A stretch of 64,000 nucleotides of DNA from positions 104,075 to 168,074 of the forward strand of contig JAQGDQ010000487.1 of NCBI GenBank assembly GCA_030141605.1, written 5' to 3'. The notes below the pieces were generated by a model, which saw nothing but the letters and a program-made list of their open reading frames with translations, ran no database searches and was not told the origin of the DNA. The translations under genes were made by a program, and so were the position numbers. Positions 40,724 to 51,571 of the stretch are shown piece after piece; position 1 is the first letter of the stretch, and every line of letters begins with the position of its first letter. Origin of the DNA: Tubiluchus corallicola. Its lineage: Eukaryota; Animalia; Priapulida.

Positions 40724-41436
40724 GTATGCTTTGAAGTTTACATTATGTACATCAGTGTTTCGCTATTGTTTAGTGCTTAAAAAGAATCATTTTTGGAACT
40801 ATTAGGCTTCACATATTAATTATTATTGCTCTCGGAAAGCTCCATGCCAGATGAGTGTCGAAATAGATAAAACTTTATTTTATTTTAGTTCGCAAGTTAA
40901 TATATTAGTTATGACTCGTTTAATTGATTGTAAGCTTACTAGTATTTTCTCTTAATTTTATTTTCGATCTCCAGTCAAAAACAGGATTATTTTACGAAAT
41001 ATAAAATTAGGTATCTTGAAAATACTCTTTTTAAATTACTACAGTTTATATGCTCAGTACTGCATAACATTAATATTACACTTTGTCTGGGATGAAGAAT
41101 TCGATAACTGATCTTTTGCCACCCTTTCCATTTGTTTGTTTAATTAAGTTATACTAATCTTCTGTGTACTTTTTGATTGAGATGATTTGATTTGAGTTAC
41201 GGCATCTATTTTCAAAGCTGCGGCAGATAGCTTCCTGCCCCATCACTTAGTCACTTTTGTTTCCCCAGTAGTAGGCCAGTACACAATTAGGTACTCAATG
41301 ACGTAATAGACATACACAAATTTGACTTTGGGTTAACAACTAGGTTAACTGCTGCCAGGGAAAGGTAGGTTATCAGTAAACTGTAAACCACATGTGTTGC
41401 CCATTTTACTATTTTTCAAATATTTCTAAAGACGGA

Positions 41437-41440
<4 letters not shown>

Positions 41441-41478
<38 letters not shown>

Positions 41479-41637
41479 AGGGAGGGAGAGACAGAGAGAG
41501 AGAGAGAGGGGGGGGAGGGAGAGAGAGAGAGAAGAGCGGGAGAGAGAGGGAAAGAGAGAGAGAGGGAGAGGGAAAGAGAGAGAGAGAGGAAGAGACGGAG
41601 AGATAGGGAGAGAGAGAGAGAGTGGGAGAGGGAGAAA
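41441..41637. repeat. (GA)n/(GGGA)n microsatellite
   Basis: Visible. Confidence 0.95.
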
Positions 41638-41745
41638 GACTGCATTACTGCTGATTTTTTCATTAGATCTTTTTTGTAAACATTTTGTCTTAGTGTAAGA
41701 AGCAATGTGCAGAGAGCATTTCTTTTCTCATCGTGTAATCAGATC

Positions 41746-41843
41746 ATGGGGAATTGTCCTTTGCACAATGTAAAAGCTTCGGACGAAATTAGCAGATTTA
41801 AAAATGAAATCATAATGGCGCATTCAAGACAAGTCTGTCTTAG
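41746..41843 (+). CDS. ITGB1BP1: ICAP1-like first coding exon (MGNCPLHNVK...RQVCL)
   Basis: Acceptor at 41742, ATCATGG start, GTATAA donor, phase 2. Confidence 0.75.
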
Positions 41844-44800
41844 GTATAATAAATGTTTTTTCCATATTTCAGAGTTGTGTTTATGACGTAATTGGAACAG
41901 TAACACGATTGATGATGTCAACAGATTTCACACTGCAGTAAGCAAAATTATATATAAGTAAAATTTAAGTATAGATTATAATAATAAAATCTCTGACTCA
42001 GTATTTGCTGATTTTCTTGTGTTTATGACGTAATCGGAACAGTAACACGATTGATGATGTCAACAGATTTCACACTGCAGTAAGCAAAATTATATATAAG
42101 TAAAATTTAAGTATATATTATAATACTAAAAACTCTGACTCAGTATTTGCTGATTTTCTTTATGCAAAAGACAAAGACAAGATTTCTTTACCGTCGCTCA
42201 TTTAACAGACAGGATTAGCACTAATGGCTATTTAGCGACTTACACTTGTACAATAATACAGGTAAAGACGCAATACGCAAATAATGAATAACCTGTAAGG
42301 TATATGCCTCGACGTTTGTAGCCGCTAGACTCAAACTCGAGACTGTGTGGTTTCATTAAATAAAATAAATAAAAATAACTTCATTTCCTTTTCATTTGTT
42401 TTAATAAAATTGAACAGGTTAAGTTTCTGCTGCTTCACCATAACGTGTTTTATAGGTACTTGGGTTCTGTAGAAGATCTGACATTATCACCAACAAGTGA
42501 TGTGGTGGATAGGAGTGCAGAGGCACAACTAATCGATAAACTTGAGGATGCTCAGGTATGCATTTAGACACTCAGGGTCTAGGATGAATGTCTGTTTGGA
42601 GTACCTTGAGGATGCTCAGGTATGCATTTGGACACTCAGGGTCTAGGTCTAGGATGAATGTCTGTTTGGAGTACCAAGTGGTAAGGATGAGCAAGAGTTC
42701 TCTGTTTGTGACTAGGTAACGACCACTTTGAAACGGGTGCATTATCAACGTATGAAGTACCTTCTGGAGGCCAAATACACCAAAATTGTTTGGCTCGTAC
42801 ACATATCTGGGTTGCCGGACCTCGCTTTTACGGATATCGAAAGAATCGAACAAAATCTGGACCAACAAAGTCCCACATACTACGGACGCAGTGCAGTTGT
42901 TTTGCGAGCTGACCGCTAGTTGGCAGGCCATCAATTTGCTTACATCATTACATCAGTGTAATCAAGCAGCGTGTAACGACACATGTGTAGCTTGCGTGTT
43001 AGCGTGTTTAAGTGGTTTAGTCAGAGTCGATTATGCAGAGTTATTTGAGTCAATTGCTGACAGTTTTTCTATACTTTTGTATAGGAGTGTCCCGTACAAG
43101 CCGTTTTTGAGACAGTTAAGAGATTTGTTCTACATTACCCTGAGTCTAATACACGGTACCTACTGTATTAGCTTAGTGTCGGTAAATATGGGCAATCGGC
43201 AAATTCGGACCGATGTCTCCCCGCTTTTGTCTGGCAAAGTGAAATGTGGGTGTAATTACAATTTTGCCTTCGATTATAATTGATAATATTATGAGCTGCA
43301 GTGTTTTTCAAGTTTTACAAGTCAGCCTGAAAGACATTGATAGTTTATTATTTTATTGTTGAGGTTTTGTGTGATAAAATTTAAGTGCTATATGACATAT
43401 AACTTAGTTATTACCAATGGCATTGATAATTTTTTAGCTGGAGGGAAAGTTGCCTTACACTGCGTCAGAGAATGCGAAGGGAGTCTTACTGAATGTATCA
43501 AAGCATGGCATAAAAGTCATGGATGTGGCAAAGAAGGTAAGAAATGCATGTTCAAGAATCAAAGAATTTTAAGATATGTTAAAAAATTCAGAACAAAAAG
43601 CATCAGCTATACGGCTTCCGATTTTTTCTTTCAAAATTGACCAATTTGCGTTTCAAAGAATCGTCAATTCCGCTTCACAGAAATTAGAATGTACGTGGCC
43701 CTGTAACTAATGTTTATCATCAAATTATGTGATGTGCGATAGACTGTAATTAAAAAAATAAATTTTTATATGAATTAAGTATGTAGTCTATCAGGTATTT
43801 GTATTGGGCTAAGGTAAAATAAGAATGCCAACATTTAATTCGCACACAAAAGTCACGGAACAACATGCTATCATATTCGTATAAATCATTGGGAAACTAC
43901 CTGGCTAGCTGTCACATGCATAACATCGTCAGATCGTGTTTGTGTGAAAAGGGGAAACCTTTCCACAAACGTGGCGCTATTTGCTACAAGCTGTCGTTAA
44001 AAAATCTCCCATATTTCTTTTGACAAATGCAAAAACAAAGTGAAAGTAGGAACACAAGTTGCATAAAAAATAAAATTCCGGGAAGAACTTCTATTAAGGT
44101 CACGAAAGGCTGCTTAGTTTTGCCGGAAAGTATCAAGTGAAGAAAATTCCGTCTTTAAATGCATTAAATTGGCAGAGAAATCGGAAATCGGGGCAATTCT
44201 GTTTGTCATAACTATTTCCGTTTCAGTTACCCATTTCTGTGAATTCCGTCCGTTTTCCGCTATCGCTGAAAATCGGATGCCCTATATATATATATATATT
44301 TATAGACTGATTAAGAGATAGTCGAACATGATATTTTGGTTCAGTCCATAGTTCACTACAAAAAAGGACTTTTGATCACATAACATGATCATTACTGTCC
44401 AAAAATCGCTAAAGAGTTATTTACAAATTCACAATATGACATTGGGTTGCCATTGAAAAATTCATGCAGATCGTTAAAGTTCAGTTCAGTGATTCGTAAG
44501 TGGACAAAAACAGATAACATGCTCTTCTGTTTGATTGTTTAAACCAGGACAGGAGCATAGCCTGTCTTCTCTTTTTATCCTTGCCCGTCTTCCAGTCTCA
44601 ATAGCTAGGTTATGTGAGGAGAGGCCTAACCGAGATGTTCTAATCCTATGGAGCTCATTTAACACTATACATTGCACTGACAGATAGTACCTACAGCTGG
44701 TACATGTTAAAACTGCCCAAGCTAAAAGGAATAAAAACAATTTGTGTTCACACCAATAAGCAAGATACTATTACCACTGTTACACCACCAGCATGCATCA

Positions 44801-46643
44801 GTAACATTTATTTTCAAGCTTATTTGCTAATTAATGTAATTTCTGTGCTACTTGCTTGGTAATGGCTTTTATTTTAAAAATTGTTACCAATAAAACTGAA
44901 ACTTGATAACCGGTTGATTCTTCATCACAGTTTTTCTGTCTCAGATTTCCTTTTTACCTAAATTTTACCCATTTTATCTGTTATATAAATGTGTAATTTG
45001 TGTAATTTGTTAAATGTGTAATTAGAAATTACGTATTTACTTGAAGATAAAAATTAAGTATTCTCATTTAATCTACCTTGTTTTTACAGCTACATAAATA
45101 AGAATGTTTCGCTAGCTGTGACGAGAAAAAATAATGTGCCTATTTGTCGTTCAGTAATCACAAAAAATTGTTTTTGTCTACGTCATAGATTATTATTCAT
45201 CCTATTCACTTAAGGTATATTATTGAATGTTGTAAAATGTGTCCTATTTACTTGTGGTGTATTACCAAAATGTTGTGTATCCTAATTACTTGTGGTGTGT
45301 TACCAAAATGTTATAAAATGCATCCTATATACTTGTGGTGTGTTACCAAAATTTGTAAAATGCATCCTAATTACTTGTGGTGTGTTACCAAAATGTTCTA
45401 AAATGCATCCTAATTACTTGTGGTGTGTTACAAAAATGTTGTAAAATGTATCCTAATTCCTTGTGGTGTGTTACCAAAATGTTGTAAAATGCACCCTAAT
45501 TACTTGTGGTGTGTTACCAAAATGTTGTCAAATGCATCCTAATTACTTGTGGTGTATTACAAAAATCTTGGAAAGTCTATTTCAACTACTTGTGGTGTGT
45601 TAGCATAATACAAACATGATTCTGAAGTCACTGTTGGATCTCCATATAAAATTTTTCATGTTTACGCATCTTACCGGGAACACTACGAATCACCTTTTCG
45701 ATAAATCGTTTTTTTGAAAATTTTACCTGAGCCAGTTTGACCTGACATTTTCCGGTCGTAGAGTAAATTGGCATTTTTACAATACCATAACAAGTTCAGT
45801 AAGAATAGAAACTTGATTATAACGTACTCTCACTTGTCGCATTTCTACGCATTTTAAAGTTTTTATTAACTTTATTTCTGTTTTTACAGGATGTTTTTCA
45901 AAGGCATCCATTGCATGTCATTGCACAAGCCATTCACTATGCTGACGGACTGGGAAAGTTTAACCTTGTAATAAAGACTGGGCAGCCGGGAAAAAACACG
46001 TTTAGCTGTTACATATTCCAGTCCAGTGCTGAGGTGTGCTTTTAAACATTCTCAGTTTGTTTGTTTCACAGTGCTTTGATTGTGGTTGGGATGTGGTCAG
46101 ACAGTGGTTAGAGTGTGGTTAGACAGTGGTTGGCTGTGGTCAGACAGTGATTAGAGTGTGGTTAATGTGTGGTCAGACAGTGGTTAATGTGTGGTCAGAC
46201 AGTGGTTAGAATGTGGTTAGACTGTGGCTAAGAGTGTGGTTAGACAGTGGTTTGAGTGTGGTTGGGATGTGGTTAGAGTATGGTTAATGTGTGGTTAGAC
46301 GGTCAGAGGTTAAGAATCAGTGAATTTCGCTTTGACCATAGGATCCCTTTTATGCGAGGGAATTTACATGGGTTTCTATTACGCGGGACTTGGAGATATC
46401 GTCCCTTATAACCGAAAATCCCTTTTATCCGAGCACCTTATATGTGAAGATTTTTACATAGGAAAAACATTACAAAAAATTGGTACCTTATACCCAAGGT
46501 TGACTGTACAATCAACTAGCAACATATTTTCTCCTGTTTCTATTTAAAAATTGTATTTTGTCTTTGTTGTTTAGGATCAAATTGTTGGTGTTTCGAAGAA
46601 TCTACAGCAGATATTTAATCAAATAACTCAAACTCAGAGGTAG
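41746..46643 (+). CDS. ITGB1BP1: Integrin beta-1-binding protein 1 (ICAP1)-like PTB-domain protein, spliced gene span, 169 aa
   Basis: Exons 41746-41843, 42456-42555, 43438-43536, 45890-46033, 46575-46643 join in frame (510 nt). RYLGSVEDL, AQLEGKLPY, VSKHGIKV, DVFQRHPL and YADGLG parallel ICAP1 KYVGAIEKL, AQQDGKLPF, VSKYGIKV, DVLHRHAL and YDDGLG (recalled). Confidence 0.85.
41876..42160. repeat. Tandem duplication of about 142 bp
   Basis: 41876-42017 nearly identical to 42018-42160. Confidence 0.9.
42456..42555 (+). CDS. ITGB1BP1: ICAP1-like exon (YLGSVEDL...KLEDAQ)
   Basis: AG/GT, phase 2-0, PTB YLG motif. Confidence 0.88.
43438..43536 (+). CDS. ITGB1BP1: ICAP1-like exon (LEGKLPY...VSKHGIKVMDVAKK)
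   Basis: AG/GT, phase 0-0. Confidence 0.88.
44400..44700 (-). mobile_element. LINE 3' fragment of the same type as 13050-13946
   Basis: RLGLSSHNLAIETGR...RLCSC...QTEEHVICFC. Confidence 0.7.
45225..45602. repeat. Minisatellite, about 43-bp unit
   Basis: 8-9 copies of CCTAATTACTTGTGGTGTGTTACCAAAATGTTGTAAAATGCAT. Confidence 0.92.
45890..46033 (+). CDS. ITGB1BP1: ICAP1-like exon (DVFQRHPLH...CYIFQSSAE)
   Basis: AG/GT, phase 0-0. Confidence 0.88.
46080..46305. repeat. Degenerate GTGGTTAGA-core repeat
   Basis: Many tandem 11-13-bp units. Confidence 0.85.
46575..46643 (+). CDS. ITGB1BP1: ICAP1-like exon, PTB C-terminal helix (DQIVGVSKNLQQIFNQITQTQR*)
   Basis: ttgtttag acceptor, in frame, TAG; may instead splice at 46639. 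Confidence 0.82.
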   Translation, partial: DQIVGVSKNLQQIFNQITQTQR

Positions 46644-46679
46644 CGCAAAGGATTTCCGTGCGAATAAATTCATTTACAG

Positions 46680-46760
46680 GAATTTTATGGAACAATCTCG
46701 TTCGATCAGCTGTGATATTGAGAGTGGAGAAAACGATGTTTCAGATGCAAAGAAGTCATC
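46680..46760 (+). CDS. ITGB1BP1: Candidate extra ICAP1-like exon (NFMEQSRSISCDIESGENDVSDAKKS)
   Basis: tttacag acceptor and GTAAGA donor; open, phase 2-2 after a 40-nt intron (46640-46679); would finish in 47958-47964 (SI*). Confidence 0.5.
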
Positions 46761-46864
46761 GTAAGATGTCGAACTTTAAGTGCATAAGAAATGTCATGTA
46801 AATCGTGTCTAACTGCACCATCAGTTACTTAAGAAATGTCTTATTATGTATGATAGATCCAGTA

Positions 46865-47579
46865 CTGTAAGACCTCGTATAACAGCTCTAATGTGTTCCA
46901 GCAAAACACGACATTAAACGAAACGTCTTTAAGCGAAACCAAAACTTCCATAGAAATTAATGTAGAAGAATTGAGATTCATTGCAAAAGCAAAAATTTTA
47001 TGCTGCTAAAATTGCATAAATTAAACTCGTTATGAGTTTCTCTTTCTATCTGCTTGTTTGAAACCACCTGTCTTTCTTATCAATACGTACCTAGCTGTGG
47101 TTTCTCTTTCATTAAGGTTTATGCCTAGGCAGCCATTACAAACACTGCAGAGTCAAAGCCAAGTGCTACATGAGGCGACCTTGGTAATTTTATCATGCCA
47201 GAGCACTGTATAATTTACTACCTAGTCAGTCTGGTTGCTATAGGAACAGATTGCAGGTAGAATTCCTTCCCACAAACTTTGTTCACAGATCTTGCTTGAT
47301 AAAAAAGTATAGTAGTCAGTCAGGAAGCAAAAACATGTATAATAATTGCATTGTTTACGTTACTGATGCACTTTTAAAACAGAATAACGCAATATGTGCT
47401 GCTTTAATACTTCAAATTAAGTAAAAAAGTTGCTGATCAATGAAAACTGGCTTTCAGCAAAGTAAAAAAATCGTCGTTAAAGTAAAATGTACGTCGTGAA
47501 GTGAAAAAAGGTGTCAAATGTTCAGCGTTGTTAGAACGAAACCTTGCCAAACGAGGAGTCGTTAAGCGAGGATTTACTG
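46865..47579. mobile_element. Tc1/pogo (Tigger)-like MITE
   Basis: TIR C.GTAAGACCTCG..TAAC / GTTAAGCGAGGATTTACTG; collinear with 34053-34702. Confidence 0.72.
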
Positions 47580-47799
47580 TCCTACAATGCGCTGTAGTTT
47601 TCTGCAACAGGTTCAGCAGGACAATAATAATAATTTGCACTTTCTGCATTTTTATGGTTACGATTTTCTGCTATTATATTAAAAAACTAATCGTGGGCTT
47701 CCAAACCAAAACCGTCCATAAGTCGGCATGGTTAAAACTTTATGCTGCTTCCAAGTAGAATGACCCAAAAATTTGGTGAATCTTTATCGCTGTCGTTCT

Positions 47800-47930
47800 A
47801 GTTGTTGTTGGTGTTGTTTTTGCTGTTGCTATTGTTGTTGTTGTCATTGTCTTTTGTTATTGTTGCTGTTGTTGTCACTGTCGTTGTCGTTGTTGTTGCT
47901 GTTGTTGTTGCTGTCATCGTTGTCGCTGTT
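47800..47930. repeat. (GTT)n-type microsatellite
   Basis: Visible. Confidence 0.9.
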
Positions 47931-49189
47931 TTTTAATCACGTTTTATTTCAATTTAGAATTTAATTTGACAACTAAAGATGGCGTGGACAATTCTCAGTT
48001 CCAAATCTGGATTTTTTGTTGCTTTTATTTTAAGCTTTATGCTTTCTGTGTAGTACTGACTTTTAAATGCGCCAGTTGATGTTCGCATATTAAGCCCATC
48101 AAGTTGGATCCTGCATGGTGCTGCCATCTAGCACCGAAGATAAAATGAAAACAGTTTACACTGCCTTTAAGATTACGTTGCATTTACTATGTAGGCACAT
48201 TCAGTTTAGTTTAGGCTTACTTTTGTACAAAAGCTCTAGTGGCAAATGTATAGTATCAGGTTTGCACTGACTTTGTAGATATAATATAAAATAAATTAAC
48301 TATTCTTTAGTTTTAAATAAAGAATGTGTTGCATTTTTATTCCGCCATCAAATGAACAATAAACGTAATCCTTTCCTTAGATCAGAGCCATCTAGCAGCC
48401 ATAATGTGAATAACACCACATATAGACTCTTATTAATGGTGAAAAATCAGTGGTATTGTATTTTTCAATAGGACTTCAACACTGAATTAGACTTTGCCTT
48501 ACAATATTTCGTCAAATTGTAACTATTACCTTTAGGTGTAAAAAGTCACCATTTGTGTAAATTTTTTCTGTTATCACAAGAAAGACAGAATAGTTGGGTG
48601 ATCAGTAATGAATTTATAAGTGCATGGGCTGGAAACCAGAAGCTGCATGCTGGATCATTGGTTCACATTCATATGAGTGTGAAGTAATTATGTTGGTGGT
48701 GTTATGTATATTATTCTTATGTGTATTATTGTTATGTGTATGATTGTTACGTGTATTATTGTTATGCGTATTTAATTACAAAATAAATAAATTGCAGTTG
48801 GATTAACTTGCTAATTAAATGATTAATTAATTAATTAGTAATTTAAGCAATACTAAAAAACATTGTTAGATGAATCACACTCGCTTAGATAAGTCCAGTG
48901 ATCACTCGACGCAAACAGTTGCGGAAAAGATACAAATACATAACCAGAAAAAATGCAAAAACGTAATTAAGTTGCCAACGATAAGAAGTACCTACTATAT
49001 TTTTTCGTGAAATGGTTTGAGTTTTCGTAAAGAATTCCAAAGGTAAGAGGCTCGAAAGAAGAAGCTGGATTGATAAGCAGCTCTCTGCATCTAGGAGTAG
49101 TGAAAGTTATAGCAGCAGCAGCAAAACGAGTAATTCAAACAAACCGCCTGCGTTTAGGTGGCTTGTACATTCGAAGAGGAGGTAATGTG

Positions 49190-49700
49190 ATTCATGAAAA
49201 AAACCTTGGTAGTTTGTTAGACACCAAAGCCGACATACAAAAAGGAAAATTCTTGCATTGTCTGCTTATTCAGATCTCACAATGGTTTTTGAAAACAAAA
49301 GACTGTCTTGAATCCAAAATCCAGATCCTTTCTACTTTAGTTGAACCTGTGTTTTTGTACAATGCTGAGCTATGGACAATAAAAGTTAAGCAGCAGAAGG
49401 GAATTGCCGCTTTTCAAAGAAGTCTGTAGGAAGTTATTAGCAATTAGATGGCCTGAGAGAATATGCAATGATGATCTGTATAATGTGGTTAAGAAGAATC
49501 CTTGGAGTAAACAAATACAAGTAAGAAGATTGCATTGGATTGGGCAGGCACTAAGATTACCTCAAGGGTCTCCTCTTCCTATGATGATGATGATGATATG
49601 TATTACGTAAAGCTATTGAAGCGACAAAAAGCCGAAAGCCGTCAGCTTACAGCTAGACAGGTAGTGGCAGCGGACAGGAATAAAATTAATTGCATTAACA
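49190..49700 (+). mobile_element. Frameshifted RTE-like LINE fragment
   Basis: LGSLL, FLYNAELWTI, AFQRSL / RKLLAIRWPERICNDDLY, IQVRRLHWIG across broken frames. Confidence 0.7.
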
Positions 49701-50984
49701 TTTGGAATGTGCCTTGTTTTCAGATGTAGCAACATCAAAATGACGAAGACAATGATAAAATGCTGAGAGCATCTTCCATTACAGCAATAAAAGAAACTTA
49801 ATGTGGAAACTTAATTTCAATAACTACTATTACCTCTGCTCAGTTAATCTAATTTCACAGTGAAAAATTCCTCATGCAGTTCCTGAATTTTGATGCCAGC
49901 TAGAAGCTATGCGTCCTCCTCGTGAGAAATTTCCCCGCACGGTGGAAATACTGCATGTTCCATTTTTGTGAGGAATCCTCGGTGAATTCAGTTTTAAATT
50001 TAACACTCAGTTACTTCCTTCTTATTTAAAGAACAACAATTAACACATTTCAGCATAAAATTCTAAGATTTAATTTCTCTTTTAACAGACTGACGATTTT
50101 ATGTTGTATTAATGCAACACCGATGGCTCTATTTGTGAAAAAGGGAAAATGACGCACGCATATATTTATTTTGTATAATTTTTATATGCTTTTTCAGATT
50201 TTGAAGTGGCTAGTAGAACTTTACTAAAAAAACAAACTGGTCTGACATTACATTGACTAACATTATTAATTGTACTTGTACATGTGAAATATGGCAAGTA
50301 TAAGTTAGTTTAGACATTGTTATACAGTATAAAACTCGTAAAGTAGCTGCAGCTAACTGGACGGGCGGAAAAAACTGCGAGGTTTCATTATGAAATGAAT
50401 TTAGAAACGAATTGCTTCTCTGACAGCAATTCCGTGCGTCTTTTTCCTTGAGTCCTCATTGTGAAATTTTTTTTATTTAAATTTGATCATCCAGTCTCCA
50501 CCGTGAGCTTATTATATATACTTAGTGACGTAGGTCCAACGGAAACTCGAGCGGAGCTTTTATCTAGGCACGCCACAAAGGCAGCTGCATGTTAAAGGCG
50601 GGCAGGTGTTCATTTATAACATCTGCGGGGCATAGGCCAGTCCCTGGGCGAGCAAAACGTCTACATAGGTTTGATTTGAAGAGGTGAAAATCTGAAATGT
50701 TATAACTCGTCTGACATCTTTAGAAATTACACCGCGTCGCGTGTGGTAAACGTTCAGTAAGTGGGAGTTTCAACCGTTTGTGAAAAAGTGCGAAATTGTT
50801 GAAAATATTCTCGTCTTTAATAACTTCTAACGAGGTAAAAAAGTAATTCAGGAGAAAAAACGGAAATAGAGATAATCACGCAGCTAGAGGAAGTGAAGTG
50901 AGAAAACGAGGTGGAAAATAACGAAAACGGTTTGTTGAAAGAGTCAAGAACGATAGAGACACACACATACAGGCGGACAGACAG

Positions 50985-51414
<430 letters not shown>

Positions 51415-51495
51415 AGCATGTTATTGTTATTACAGTAAAACCAGGAAAGGGATGTGTGGTTTCATCACATAACAGTCGTCTGCAAAGCTGACTCC

Positions 51496-51571
51496 ATGCG
51501 TTATGCAAAACTGATCAACAACGTTGTACTGCTGCTGATGTTGTTGGTACTGGTCACTAGTAACGCTAAAG
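51496..51571 (+). CDS. Ly6-like exon 1, signal peptide (MRYAKLINNVVLLLMLLVLVTSNAK)
   Basis: Hydrophobic core, GTACGT donor, phase 1. Confidence 0.8.

Noticed and set aside
42572-43283. ORFs of 120-165 aa inside the ICAP1-like intron
   Set aside because: Overlap a dispersed repeat (inverted copy near 35030-35180); no family I can recognise
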